Shown: positions 1 to 10,050 of the stretch, in pieces
How positions within the stretch are numbered: position 1 is the first letter of the stretch
Layout of the letters: every line of letters starts with the position of its first letter
NCBI GenBank assembly: GCA_964645535.1
Contig: CAZYCQ010000002.1
Span: 63,851-121,609, forward strand
DNA: 57,759 nucleotides
Direction: 5' to 3'
Origin: an uncultured archaeon
GTDB lineage: Archaea > Asgardarchaeota > Heimdallarchaeia > Heimdallarchaeales > Kariarchaeaceae
Notes under the pieces: model-generated
Databases searched by the model: none
What the model was told of the DNA's origin: nothing
Seen by the model: the letters and a program-made list of their open reading frames with translations, nothing else
Translations under genes and position numbers: made by a program

Positions 1-84
1 GAGGATGAGTTTGAGGAAGATTCTGATGAAGAAGAAGATTCAGAATATGATGTGGAAATAATTACAGAAGACGACGAGAGTTAG
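1..84 (+). CDS. 3' end of a gene truncated by the window edge (highly acidic C-terminal tail)
   Basis: Frame 1 is open from base 1 (EDEFEEDSDEEEDSEYDVEIITEDDES) to TAG at 82-84. Confidence 0.6.
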   Translation, partial: EDEFEEDSDEEEDSEYDVEIITEDDES

Positions 85-266
85 GCATCCCTTTCTTGGT
101 CACGTTTCATTAATCGGGGAAGGACAAATCCGAGGAATGCCAAGGCAGCAATGGGCACGGCTCCATTGATCCCGGATCTGATGATGACAGGATCAGTTGC
201 GCCCAATACAGGCACCATCTCTTGTAGGATTGTCAACGAGAATGCCAATCTAAATAGTTTCATCAT
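81..266 (-). CDS. Small putative membrane protein
   Basis: 61 aa; hydrophobic segment AVPIAALAFLGFVLP followed by a charged tail; fills the gap between neighbours. Confidence 0.45.
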   Translation of the reverse strand: MMKLFRLAFSLTILQEMVPVLGATDPVIIRSGINGAVPIAALAFLGFVLPRLMKRDQERDA

Positions 267-311
267 ATTAACCCGTGACTGAGGCTTAAAAAAGCTTTTG
301 CAAATCTGTGA

Positions 312-749
312 TCAAGGGACAAATTCAATTCGATTTGGCCTTCCAGGATAAAGCTTCAGATTGGGATTTTCATTTGCAAGCTTGCGGATATAGGTTCGCA
401 CCGTTGGCTGTGGGACTTTCAAGGCATCTGCGATTTCGTTGGTGCTCATAATGGTGTTGGGATGGGATTGAAGGTATTTCCATACCAAGTCATAAATGTA
501 GCCCGGAGGGCGATTGGCGTTTCTTCGTCTTGGTTTTGAACTTCCGACGGGAATGTTTTTCACCGCTTCCAACTTTTTTTCCAAGGAAAGACCACTGAAA
601 TCTGGGTTTTCGAGGAGAGCAGAATATACTTGAATGGCTTCAATTGTGAACTGTGTTTGGCTTATTCCTAACTTTGTAGACCCTTCTTTGACAAGATCAA
701 CAATTGAAGAATCCCATCTTTGTGATACGGCAATTTTTCTGGTTCCCAA
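312..749 (-). CDS. Putative DNA-binding protein (RHH-like N-terminus, winged-HTH C-terminus)
   Basis: N-term RKIAVSQRWD..LVKEGSTKLGISQTQFTIEAI resembles ribbon-helix-helix; C-term STNEIADALKVPQPTVRTYIRKL is a typical HTH. Confidence 0.65.
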   Translation of the reverse strand: MGTRKIAVSQRWDSSIVDLVKEGSTKLGISQTQFTIEAIQVYSALLENPDFSGLSLEKKLEAVKNIPVGSSKPRRRNANRPPGYIYDLVWKYLQSHPNTIMSTNEIADALKVPQPTVRTYIRKLANENPNLKLYPGRPNRIEFVP

Positions 750-818
750 ATTGACTCAACATTAAGGACACAGTTACTTAATATAATCTCTTTGGTAACA
801 ATTAAGTGGATTCGCTAC

Positions 819-3533
819 CTAAAAAAAATCGTTGAGGGTAGTTTGATCAGTCATCAATTCTTCTTCAATATCTTCCTCCACAAAATCAACTACATCAGGC
901 TCTACCTCAAGAGGTTCTCCGACTTTTACCTCATGGAGAACAGATTCCGCAATCTTGTTTCCAAGGAGTTTCGAAACTTTTTCCTTCCCAACCTTCAAGA
1001 GGTCTGCTGGGCGTTTGATTCCATTTATGTAAAGAAGGCGTGCTCTTTTTCTCCCGATCAGGTTGAGTGAGGTCAATGGAATAAGATCCTCAGAGATTCC
1101 ATACTTCACTCTCAATGTGAGGGTTTTCAACTGTTTCTCGTGGTCATTCAACTTGAAGAGTCTAGCGATTTCGGCTGCGGAATGAAGTAACCATTCTGCA
1201 CTGGAGATTAGGTTATGGAGGTCTCCAGAAGTTACATTGTATTTTTCATAGATCTCAGATTCGGATTTTTCGGATATCCAATCCTGTAGAACTTTTGCGG
1301 TCTTGATTTCTTGGAGGAAGAAATCCCATGTGACGTCATCTCGATCTGGAACCATAAGATCATCAATGACTGCATCAGCAATGTCAATCATTCCATCCAT
1401 TTCCTTTTCTCGGACGTAAAAATTCCGGATATCGGGAGTTGAACTGATCAGATGGAGATAGGCAAACTCGGAGATTTTCTTTCCTTCAGCAGAGATGAGT
1501 CCCTTCTTAAGCATTAAGGCAGTCAATGGATCCAGATATAGCTGATTGACACGATAGCCGAAAGGAGTGGGTTTGTAGGGTTCTTTGGAAGAGATCAATT
1601 TTGCCTCCACCAGCAGTTCAAGAGTTGAATGAATCAATTCCTCAATAAAGAACACCTGTCCCTCATTCTGATATCCGAAAAATGTGGTTGAAATAATGTC
1701 TAAGGCACTATCGAAGTCATAGACATCACCACTGACCACAAAAGAAAGCAGATGTGTCCGCAAAGAGGGCTCAGATCCGAACTTGGAATAGATTTCCTCA
1801 GTATCCGCCTCAATATACCGTCTCATGATCTCGTCTTTTTCCGAGAGATTACGGGCGATCACTATGGCCTCTCCATAGGGATCATAGCGGGGACGACCTG
1901 CCCGTCCAGCCATCTGCTTGTATTCCAGCACCGGGATCATTTGGGTATAGCCGTCTGAATACCTTGAAAGCGTTCTGATCACCACTCTCCGGCTGGGGGT
2001 GTTAACCCCAGCAGAATTGTGGGAAACCAAGGTTTCAGCAATAAGTAGATGATCCGTACTTTCTGGAAGAGCAACATCATAGACTGTGTCACATCCAGAA
2101 ATTATTTTCTTATGGGTTATTGGAAACCAACCGGTCGATTCGTTTTGTAGGGGTTTTGACTCAATAGAATAAAAAGGCAGGTGAAAGAGCAGATCTCCTT
2201 GGCAAAGTTGCCTTGCAGGGATTAGAAGTTGCCGGTCTTTTCTCCGTACTAGGAAACGATGCCCTTGGGAGGTGACAATTCTTGCACCGGCTTCGGTCAT
2301 CACCTGAATCAATGGACTCCCATTGCTAAGTTTCACCACTGCCTCTGGAGCGACAAGTTTTGGAATACCATGAATAAGGGCGGGAAGCTTGACCTGCTGA
2401 CCTGCTTCAATTAGGAGATGGATTGTCTCAATGGAGAGCAATCCCCGATCAGTCTGGAATCGGGTATCCGGAGCGAAACAGAGAGTGGGTGAAGCAGATA
2501 TGATTTTAAGAATCCCTTGTCTGAATGCTTGTTCAATGATTTTCCGGTGTGCATTCAATAATCCAGCATGATGGAAGGCAACTCCTTTTTCAACAACATT
2601 AGCCAGATCCAAGCTCAATTGGGTTCGTTCACCAGTGCGCAGGATACGGGATGCCAAATGCTTCAGGTTTTGTTTTTCTTCTGCTGAAAGATATCGATAG
2701 TAATGTGAAGCGATCTTCCGGGCGGTTTGTACGACGCTTGATCTGGTGCTCGCAAATACCAGGCATTGGCCACCTTTCAAGACAGCATCGATGGCGAGGG
2801 GTACATAGCCATGTTTTTCTGATGGAGACCCGATTTCCTCAACAGTACGATCCATCCAGAACACATCACCACCAACCCAAACCCCCTCCTTAAGGGCAAC
2901 AGGCCTCCATTCTGACAGAACCAAGTCAGCATCCAGCCATTCTGCGATATCCTCTGCATTTCTGATCGTAGCCGATAGGGCAAGGATCTGGCAATTCGGA
3001 AGCTTTTGGCGGACTTGGGAAAGGACAACTTCGAGAACAGGACCCCTATGTGGATCATTGATCAGATGAACCTCGTCAGAAACGATCACGGAAATATTGT
3101 TCAACCAAGATGCCTGATGCCTGATGATTGAATCGAACTTTTCATTGGTTGCAATGATGATATCCCGAGAGCCCAGCCATTCGATGCCGGATTCATAATC
3201 TCCGCTTGCAATAGCGACTTTGTATCCCATGGCCTCTGCAGCTTCTGAGAATTCTTCATATTTTTCAGAGGCAAGAGCACGTAACGGGGCAAGATAAACT
3301 GCTTTTCCACCATTCTTACTCAATTTTGAAAAAATTGCCAGCATGGCAATCAATGTCTTACCGCTGGCAGTGGGAATTGCCACAACGAGGTTCTGCCCCT
3401 CTAATAACCCTTTTTCGATGCATTCTGCCTGTGGAGGATAAAGCTTCTCAATTCCCTGTTGCTTAAGAAACGAAATGAACCGAACGTCAATGTCAATATC
3501 CTCCACATTCATATAGTCCCAAATGGTATTCAA
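819..3533 (-). CDS. hel308: Ski2-like SF2 DNA helicase Hel308/Hjm, intein-containing
   Basis: Q motif LYPPQ, Walker A PTASGKT, DEVH box, LSAT, FHHAGL, QMAGRAGRP, C-terminal HhH-like LNLIGRKRAR. Confidence 0.93.
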   Translation of the reverse strand: MNTIWDYMNVEDIDIDVRFISFLKQQGIEKLYPPQAECIEKGLLEGQNLVVAIPTASGKTLIAMLAIFSKLSKNGGKAVYLAPLRALASEKYEEFSEAAEAMGYKVAIASGDYESGIEWLGSRDIIIATNEKFDSIIRHQASWLNNISVIVSDEVHLINDPHRGPVLEVVLSQVRQKLPNCQILALSATIRNAEDIAEWLDADLVLSEWRPVALKEGVWVGGDVFWMDRTVEEIGSPSEKHGYVPLAIDAVLKGGQCLVFASTRSSVVQTARKIASHYYRYLSAEEKQNLKHLASRILRTGERTQLSLDLANVVEKGVAFHHAGLLNAHRKIIEQAFRQGILKIISASPTLCFAPDTRFQTDRGLLSIETIHLLIEAGQQVKLPALIHGIPKLVAPEAVVKLSNGSPLIQVMTEAGARIVTSQGHRFLVRRKDRQLLIPARQLCQGDLLFHLPFYSIESKPLQNESTGWFPITHKKIISGCDTVYDVALPESTDHLLIAETLVSHNSAGVNTPSRRVVIRTLSRYSDGYTQMIPVLEYKQMAGRAGRPRYDPYGEAIVIARNLSEKDEIMRRYIEADTEEIYSKFGSEPSLRTHLLSFVVSGDVYDFDSALDIISTTFFGYQNEGQVFFIEELIHSTLELLVEAKLISSKEPYKPTPFGYRVNQLYLDPLTALMLKKGLISAEGKKISEFAYLHLISSTPDIRNFYVREKEMDGMIDIADAVIDDLMVPDRDDVTWDFFLQEIKTAKVLQDWISEKSESEIYEKYNVTSGDLHNLISSAEWLLHSAAEIARLFKLNDHEKQLKTLTLRVKYGISEDLIPLTSLNLIGRKRARLLYINGIKRPADLLKVGKEKVSKLLGNKIAESVLHEVKVGEPLEVEPDVVDFVEEDIEEELMTDQTTLNDFF
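2016..2480 (-). mobile_element. Mini-intein (155 aa, no endonuclease) in Hel308 motif V
   Basis: ASPTL|CFAPDT...VTSQGHRF...VYDVAL...LVSHN|SAGVN: Cys1, block B TxxH-like motif, block F, terminal His-Asn, Ser+1; removal restores PTLSAGVN. Confidence 0.92.
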
Positions 3534-3616
3534 ACCTTTAAAACAATAGGGAAGACCCCATTAAAAGTGAAATCGATCTACAAAAGATTTTTTTAACCCG
3601 CAGAAATCACCCAATT

Positions 3617-4180
3617 GTGTTCAAAGGCAATCTTGTTCGATTGCGACCCTTCGAGAAGGAGGATGCAGCAATCATTGCATCGAGGATCAATCATTTTGAA
3701 ACCTTAATGGGCATTGGCAGACCCTTACCCATTTCCCTTCAGGAGGAGGAGGAATTTGTCGATTATGCCATTCGAGAGACAAACAAGGGGAGGAGCATCT
3801 TTTACATTATTGAAGAGAATTTGGAAGGTCAGATCATTGGAAGTGCCTCACTCAAGGGGATCAATTCCAGGAATAGAACTGCGGAATTGGGAATTGCAAT
3901 TTTCGAGCCAAAGAATTTCAATAAGGGGTATGGAACCGAAGCAACAAAACTTATACTTAAGGTTGCTTTCAGTGTGTTGAACCTCAACAGAATTGAACTG
4001 AACGTCTATGAGTACAACTCTCGTGCAAAACATGTCTATGAGAAGATAGGGTTCAAGGAAATTGGAAAACGAAGGAAATTCATGTATTATGGAGGAAAAT
4101 ACTACGACAGTTTTCTCATGGATATTCTGGCAACTGAATATTTCGACGAATATGGAAAAGAAGACATCGTGCAGATATGA
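3617..4180 (+). CDS. RimJ/RimL-family GNAT N-acetyltransferase
   Basis: VRLRPFEKED, AELGIAI, NKGYGTEA, NSRAKHVYEKIGFKEIG. Confidence 0.88.
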   Translation: MFKGNLVRLRPFEKEDAAIIASRINHFETLMGIGRPLPISLQEEEEFVDYAIRETNKGRSIFYIIEENLEGQIIGSASLKGINSRNRTAELGIAIFEPKNFNKGYGTEATKLILKVAFSVLNLNRIELNVYEYNSRAKHVYEKIGFKEIGKRRKFMYYGGKYYDSFLMDILATEYFDEYGKEDIVQI

Positions 4181-4288
4181 ATTCAGTTTTAAACCAGTCT
4201 GTGAGTGGCACCAAATGTTATATACCGGTATTTTGTACATTTATTAAGTCAGTCACAGATTGAATTTAGGTAGAGTAGGCGGATCAAA

Positions 4289-7200
4289 GTGGAGACCAGC
4301 ATCGATAGGGATATCATCTCGGGATTTCTTGAGTTCTTCAAGAACTTCCAAGATGAGGACGGACAATACAAATATTCAGATGAGATCACGAGAATCATCA
4401 TTGACGGTGAGCGGAGCTTGGTCATTGACTACAATGATCTGTATCTCATGGATTCAACCCATGAACTGGGACTGAGCTCTGCTTTACTTGAGTTTCCCGA
4501 AAAAACCATTGAACTTGGTACCATCGCCTTGGAGACCCATATCAAGGAGGAAAATTTCGATTATTTTCAAGAAGTCAAAACCATCAATCGAAGCAGGTTC
4601 CACGTCCGTTTCGTCAATATTCCTTCAAAGACACCGCTGCGGAACATCCGCACTAATCAATTGGGTACCTTCAGAGCTGTTGAGGCGATTGTTGTCCGAA
4701 CAACAGAGATCAAACCCATGATTGATGAAGGGTTCTTCATCTGTAAATTGAATCCTGAGCACCAATTCAGGTATTCCCTGAATCAAGGAACCTTCAGCTC
4801 ACCAAGGCAATGCATAGAACCGTCCTGTAAGAGCAAAGATTTCACACTCTCGATTGAGGATTCCACCTTGATTGATTGGCAAGGACTGACGCTTCAGGAA
4901 AGACCAGAAGAGCTCCCCTCAGGAACCAGTCCGAAATCACTGAATTGCAGGCTTCTTGACGACTTGGTTGATAAGGTCAGACCAGGGGACAGGGTGATTG
5001 CCACCGGAATTGTTCGGACAAAAAGCCCAGAAGGATTGAAAAAAGGCAAGCAGGCTATTCTCGACATTTGGCTGGATGTAAACTATATCGAGCCACTGAA
5101 TAAGGAAACAGACCTAACAGAAATTTCCTTGGCCGAAGAGGCAGAATTCTATGAATTGGCAGAAAATCCGGACATCTACGAAATGATCATCCATTCCTTG
5201 GCACCCCAAATCAAGGGATTGGAAAGGGAAAAGGAAGCGATCATGTACTTCCTTTTTGGAGGGGTTGACAAGCTTCATCCCAACGGCTTCAAAAATAGGG
5301 GACAGCCCAACATCCTTTTGGTGGGAGACCCGGGTGTGGCAAAATCCCAATTATTGAAGGCGGTGCATAAAGTAGCTCCAAGAGGTGTCTATACATCCGG
5401 AAAGGGATCATCGGCCGCAGGTTTGACGGCAGCAATTGTTCGGGATCCTGATACAGGAGAATTGACCCTTGAAGCAGGAGCAATGGTTCTTGCAGATAAG
5501 GGAGTCTGTCTGACAGGAGATACAGAGATAATGCTCGGGGATGGGAGAATCATGCCGATAGAGGAGATTTACAAACAGGGGAGAGGGATGGAAATCCTCA
5601 GTTTCAACCAAGAAACATTAGAACAGGAGATCAAGCCTGTTAAAGCGGTTTCTCGTCGGTTTTCCAAGAAAATTTACGAACTTACATTTGAAACAGGAGA
5701 CGTTTTGAAGGCGAGTCCAGAACACCCATTTCCAGTGTGGGAAAACGGCATTGTCTGGAAGTCGGCAGAAGATCTTGCAGAGACCGATTTGGTGATTGAC
5801 TACAGGAGATACAGGTTCAATGGTGAACCGATGTACAACCCTTCAATAATTGAGTTTCTTGGGTATCTCATTTGTCTTGATTCAGAGGGGAAGATCAAGA
5901 TTCACCAAGAACTTGAGGAAACTATTTTCAGAATCAAAAGTCTTGCGAAAATACATAATCTTCCCTACAAGCATCTTGGAGATTCCATTCAATTTGAATG
6001 GAAATTGGTATCGCCAAGGTTGAAGAATTCAATTGGCAGGATCATTACAGGAAAGAAGGACATCATTGCCTTCCTTTACCAATTACGACCCGAAGAACTC
6101 CGACCTGCGATTACAGCATTAGCCAATCTCAGAGGAAGGTTTACGGAAACCGGGAATTTCATTATTGCAATTGAATATGGAATGGCAGAACCTATCAGGA
6201 AAATTCTGCGCAAAGTTGGAGTGGCAAGTGAACTGAATGGAGACAATATCAATATTTCCGATTACAGTAGCTTGTGCAGATTGAGTTCCTCCCGTTTTGT
6301 CCAATCCCTCCAAGTCATGTTCAACAATCAAATTCGGAAAAGAAGAAGATTAAACGAGAAACAACATGGAAATAACCTATTATATCAATTTCCGGAACTT
6401 GAACCACTGATTGAAAAAGGTCAGCAGGTCATGGTCGGAGAGAAGACACAAATGATTGAACCGTTTGAGGAAACTGCCATAAAGTTTGTCACAAATGACC
6501 TTGCATTCAACCACCTTGTGAAAAAACGGGAGCTTCCTGGAGAGAAGGTCTACAACCTCCAAGTGGAGGATTCCGAGACATACTTTGCGAATTTCATTCC
6601 AGTGCACAACTGTCTGATTGACGAATTTGATAAAATGAGCGAGAATGATCGATCTGCAATCCATGAGGCCATGGAACAACAGACAATTTCAGTTGCCAAG
6701 GCAGGGATTGTTGCAACACTGAATTCCAGGACAGGAGTTCTTGCAGCGGCAAATCCAGTACATGGAAGATACGAAGACCACCGGACATTTGTGGAAAATG
6801 TCGACCTTGGACCGACAATCCTCTCCCGTTTCGATCTCATCTTCATTCTCAGGGATATCCCAGATGAAAAGGAGGACGAAAGTAAGGCCATGCATATCCT
6901 AAACCTGCACATGAATTACGATACGAATTTGGTTGAGGATCCGCCAATACCTTTGGACAAGCTGAAAAAATACATTATGTTTGCCAAGCAGAAATGTGAA
7001 CCGAGATTGACTCAAGAAGCCATTAACACCATCCAAGAATTTTATGTCAATCTGAGGAACAATGTGAAGAGAGGAGACAGGAATGCCATTCCCATCACTG
7101 CAAGACAACTTGAAGGGATTGTGCGTTTGGCAGAAGCTCGGGCAAGAGTTGCATTAAGGGACAAGGTAACCAAGCAGGATGCTCAAAAGGCAATTGACTT

Positions 7201-7489
7201 GATGGTCTACAGTTTGCAGCAGATAGCCATTGACCCCGAGACCGGAGAATTGGACTATGATGCCTTTGCAAGTGGCCATACCAGCACCAAGAGATCCCGC
7301 ATCTCCCGACTGATGTCGATCATTGAAAACCTCCAGAGCATTTCCTCGGGTCCGTTCGAAGAGAAAGATGTATATCGTGAGGCAGAGGCAGAGGGACTTG
7401 ATCTGGAATTTGTTCAAAAGGCGATTTATGACCTCGTACGTCAAGGTGCGCTTTACCGTCCGGAAGCAGGAAAATTAAGCAAGCTGTAA
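4289..7489 (+). CDS. mcm: Replicative helicase MCM, intein-containing
   Basis: Zn finger, QERPEELPSG, Walker A GDPGVAKSQ, SSAAGLTAA, Walker B IDEFDKM, LSRFDL, ITARQLE, C-terminal winged helix. Confidence 0.97.
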   Translation: METSIDRDIISGFLEFFKNFQDEDGQYKYSDEITRIIIDGERSLVIDYNDLYLMDSTHELGLSSALLEFPEKTIELGTIALETHIKEENFDYFQEVKTINRSRFHVRFVNIPSKTPLRNIRTNQLGTFRAVEAIVVRTTEIKPMIDEGFFICKLNPEHQFRYSLNQGTFSSPRQCIEPSCKSKDFTLSIEDSTLIDWQGLTLQERPEELPSGTSPKSLNCRLLDDLVDKVRPGDRVIATGIVRTKSPEGLKKGKQAILDIWLDVNYIEPLNKETDLTEISLAEEAEFYELAENPDIYEMIIHSLAPQIKGLEREKEAIMYFLFGGVDKLHPNGFKNRGQPNILLVGDPGVAKSQLLKAVHKVAPRGVYTSGKGSSAAGLTAAIVRDPDTGELTLEAGAMVLADKGVCLTGDTEIMLGDGRIMPIEEIYKQGRGMEILSFNQETLEQEIKPVKAVSRRFSKKIYELTFETGDVLKASPEHPFPVWENGIVWKSAEDLAETDLVIDYRRYRFNGEPMYNPSIIEFLGYLICLDSEGKIKIHQELEETIFRIKSLAKIHNLPYKHLGDSIQFEWKLVSPRLKNSIGRIITGKKDIIAFLYQLRPEELRPAITALANLRGRFTETGNFIIAIEYGMAEPIRKILRKVGVASELNGDNINISDYSSLCRLSSSRFVQSLQVMFNNQIRKRRRLNEKQHGNNLLYQFPELEPLIEKGQQVMVGEKTQMIEPFEETAIKFVTNDLAFNHLVKKRELPGEKVYNLQVEDSETYFANFIPVHNCLIDEFDKMSENDRSAIHEAMEQQTISVAKAGIVATLNSRTGVLAAANPVHGRYEDHRTFVENVDLGPTILSRFDLIFILRDIPDEKEDESKAMHILNLHMNYDTNLVEDPPIPLDKLKKYIMFAKQKCEPRLTQEAINTIQEFYVNLRNNVKRGDRNAIPITARQLEGIVRLAEARARVALRDKVTKQDAQKAIDLMVYSLQQIAIDPETGELDYDAFASGHTSTKRSRISRLMSIIENLQSISSGPFEEKDVYREAEAEGLDLEFVQKAIYDLVRQGALYRPEAGKLSKL
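5507..6610 (+). mobile_element. Intein (368 aa) just before MCM Walker B, with a degenerate LAGLIDADG-type insert
   Basis: ADKGV|CLTGDT...ASPEHPF...VYNLQV...YFANFIPVHN|CLIDEFDK; the internal FLGYLICLDSEG resembles an eroded LAGLIDADG block. Confidence 0.93.
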
Positions 7490-7524
7490 TGACTATGTTT
7501 TTAACGCCTTAGCTGTTTATTCTG

Positions 7525-8082
7525 TTGATGCTTGATGATCTTTCCCTTGAATTGAAGCGGATTGAATTCGACTTCGAAGAGGGGATTGTACATGTCATTG
7601 GAAAGAAGGATCTGGATGCCCTTGACATAGATGGAATCAATATCCGGCTCGTAGAGGGCCAGAGTACCAAGATGCCTTTTTGGGTTGCTGAGCTTCTGGT
7701 ACAGGAGGGATTGGCAGAGTTTGCCGATGATGCAGAAATCAATTACCGGACGCTTGCGCAACTTGCCCATGAAGAAGCAAGAGAGAAACGTTTGGCAAAA
7801 CTTCCCACCAAACTGTTCATAAGAAGAGTGAGGTTTGAAATTGAACGGCTCAGCAAGGAACGCAACCGTATCGCTCTCCGAAAGCTTGCCAGCATTGAAG
7901 GCTCCTTCAACAAGATCATCAAGCAACGAATGAGAAAATTAATCCAAGAAGCACTCATAAGTTCCGAAGAGACAAAGAATACCGCCTTACTTGAAGAAGA
8001 GGAATGGTTGCTCAACCGATTAAGGGCATTGCTGAATACTTGGCAAGAATCACTTGGATTTGGGGACATTCATTTGGATTGA
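7525..8082 (+). CDS. gins: GINS complex subunit (B-domain-first, Gins23/Psf2-Psf3 type)
   Basis: Immediately downstream of mcm; N-terminal beta domain with MPFWVAELL motif, helical C-terminus with RMRKL and EEEWL. Confidence 0.8.
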   Translation: MMLDDLSLELKRIEFDFEEGIVHVIGKKDLDALDIDGINIRLVEGQSTKMPFWVAELLVQEGLAEFADDAEINYRTLAQLAHEEAREKRLAKLPTKLFIRRVRFEIERLSKERNRIALRKLASIEGSFNKIIKQRMRKLIQEALISSEETKNTALLEEEEWLLNRLRALLNTWQESLGFGDIHLD

Positions 8083-9683
8083 GCAATGACAGCCCGAATG
8101 AAACCAAGGTATGGAGGGGATGGAGACCAAGGAGTGGACTTGAATTCAGGATGGAATTGCGTTCCCACAAAATATGGATGACCGTTCATCTCAAGGGTTT
8201 CAGCAAGATTGTTCCAAAAGCCGGTGAAATTTAGGTCTCCAGTGATCATATCAATAAGTTCAGGATTGATCTCATACCTGTGCCGATGCCGTTCAACAAT
8301 TTTGGTGGAGTTATACAGCCTTGCAAGAAGTGAGTCCGGTTTTAAGTCAATTTCATAGTTTCCCAATCTCATGGTTCCGCCCATTAGTTCAACATTTTTC
8401 TGATCCGGGAGGAGATCGACAATAGGAAAGCTCGTGTTTTTGCTCATTTCGGTGGAATGGGCTTCATGAATGCCAAGTACATTTCTACAGTATTCTACAA
8501 CGGCCAATTGGAATCCAAGACAGATTCCAAGGAAGGGCTTCCCGGTCTCCCTTGCAAATTGGATCGCCCGAATTTTTCCCTCAGTGCCTCGATCACCAAA
8601 TCCTCCAGGAATTAAAATACCATCAACATCTTCAAGAATCTTGATTTTCTCTTCGTCATTCTCAAACAGCTCGGTTGAAATCAATCGCAGTTCTACATCG
8701 TAGCCTTCCATCCAAGCGGCATGCTTGAGGGCTTCGGTGACAGAGATATAGGAATCTTGGAGTTGAGTGTATTTTCCGGGGACTCCAATCACAACCTTTC
8801 CTTTCAGTTTGGACAATCGTTCAGCAAGATTGTGAAATTTCGTGAAGTCAGGAGTCTGTTCTCGAGCCTCAAGGAGGAGATATTCCCGAAGAAGTGCCCC
8901 GAGACCCTGTTCCTCCAAATTTAAGGGGGCTTTGTACACATTGTCCAAATCAGGGAGTTGGAGAACGGCACGGTCGGGGACATTTCCGAAATTGGAAATT
9001 TTTTCAAGGGCTTTTGAACCGATATGCACGTCGCTTCTACAAATTATTACATCAGGAGAGATCCCAGCAGCCCGGAGTTCACGGACGGAATGCTGGGCGG
9101 GTTTGGTTTTATGCTCTTGGATGTGTTTGGGAAACGGGACATAGGTAACAAGTACCGTACTGACGATGAACCTTTCTCGATTGCGTCTCATCTGCCTTAC
9201 CGCTTCAAGGAAGGGCTCACTTTCAATGTCCCCTATAGTGCCCCCCACCTCCACAACCATGATATCTGGAGTGTATTTCTGCCTTTGCTCCTCCAGTCTT
9301 CCAATGATTTCATTGATGATATGGGGGACAATCTGCACGGTTTGTCCCAAATATTCCCCTTTTCGTTCTTTCATGATGACATTGTAGTAGATCTGCCCTG
9401 TAGTGATGTTTTGTTCCTTTGAGACTTCCACACCCAAGAAGCGTTCATAGTGTCCAAAGTCGACATCCAACTCGCCCCCGTCAGCGGTGACAAAAGTCTC
9501 ACCGTGTTCCATCGGGTTCATTGTTCCCGCATCCAAGTTCAAATATGGGTCAATCTTGACAATATGCACCTTGCGTTGTCGGGCTTGAAGGGCGGCACCT
9601 ATAGAACATGTAACAATCCCCTTTCCCAATCCCGAGAGGACTGAACCCAAAACAAACACATAACGTGCAGGGGTTTCCGGCAT
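8070..9683 (-). CDS. pyrG: CTP synthase
   Basis: GSVLSGLGKG, KIDPYLN, EHGE, KTKPAQHSV, GICLGFQ, RHRHRYE, QFHPEF. Confidence 0.98.
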   Translation of the reverse strand: MPETPARYVFVLGSVLSGLGKGIVTCSIGAALQARQRKVHIVKIDPYLNLDAGTMNPMEHGETFVTADGGELDVDFGHYERFLGVEVSKEQNITTGQIYYNVIMKERKGEYLGQTVQIVPHIINEIIGRLEEQRQKYTPDIMVVEVGGTIGDIESEPFLEAVRQMRRNRERFIVSTVLVTYVPFPKHIQEHKTKPAQHSVRELRAAGISPDVIICRSDVHIGSKALEKISNFGNVPDRAVLQLPDLDNVYKAPLNLEEQGLGALLREYLLLEAREQTPDFTKFHNLAERLSKLKGKVVIGVPGKYTQLQDSYISVTEALKHAAWMEGYDVELRLISTELFENDEEKIKILEDVDGILIPGGFGDRGTEGKIRAIQFARETGKPFLGICLGFQLAVVEYCRNVLGIHEAHSTEMSKNTSFPIVDLLPDQKNVELMGGTMRLGNYEIDLKPDSLLARLYNSTKIVERHRHRYEINPELIDMITGDLNFTGFWNNLAETLEMNGHPYFVGTQFHPEFKSTPWSPSPPYLGFIRAVIAQSK

Positions 9684-9725
9684 ACCCCCTTTTCTTCAGT
9701 CCATAATATAAGACCTATGATTCAA

Positions 9726-10040
9726 TCAGCTCTCAGTTTGTTCCAATTGGCGTCTCAAAAAGCTGGCGTATTCATTGACGGCTCGTCTTCCTTCTGGAGT
9801 GATGGAAACTATGGTTGTAGGCTTGAGATCAACAAAAGCCTTGGAGATATCCACATATCTGTGGGATTGCAGTTTTTTCAGATGACTTGACAGGTTTCCG
9901 GAGGTCAATGAAAGCGCCTCTTTGATCTCGGGGAAGGTGGCATTGGGTCGAGGGAGCAGGAACAAGAGGATTGCCAACCTTGCAGGAGTATGAATTACCT
10001 CATCGATATCCAAAAGCTTCCGCAGATCCTCGTCCTTCAA
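9726..10040 (-). CDS. Winged-helix (ArsR/MarR-like) transcriptional regulator
   Basis: IHTPARLAIL..TFPEIKEALSLTSGNLSSHLKKL..ITPEGR. Confidence 0.88.
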   Translation of the reverse strand: MKDEDLRKLLDIDEVIHTPARLAILLFLLPRPNATFPEIKEALSLTSGNLSSHLKKLQSHRYVDISKAFVDLKPTTIVSITPEGRRAVNEYASFLRRQLEQTES

Positions 10041-10050
10041 CGAAAGACCC

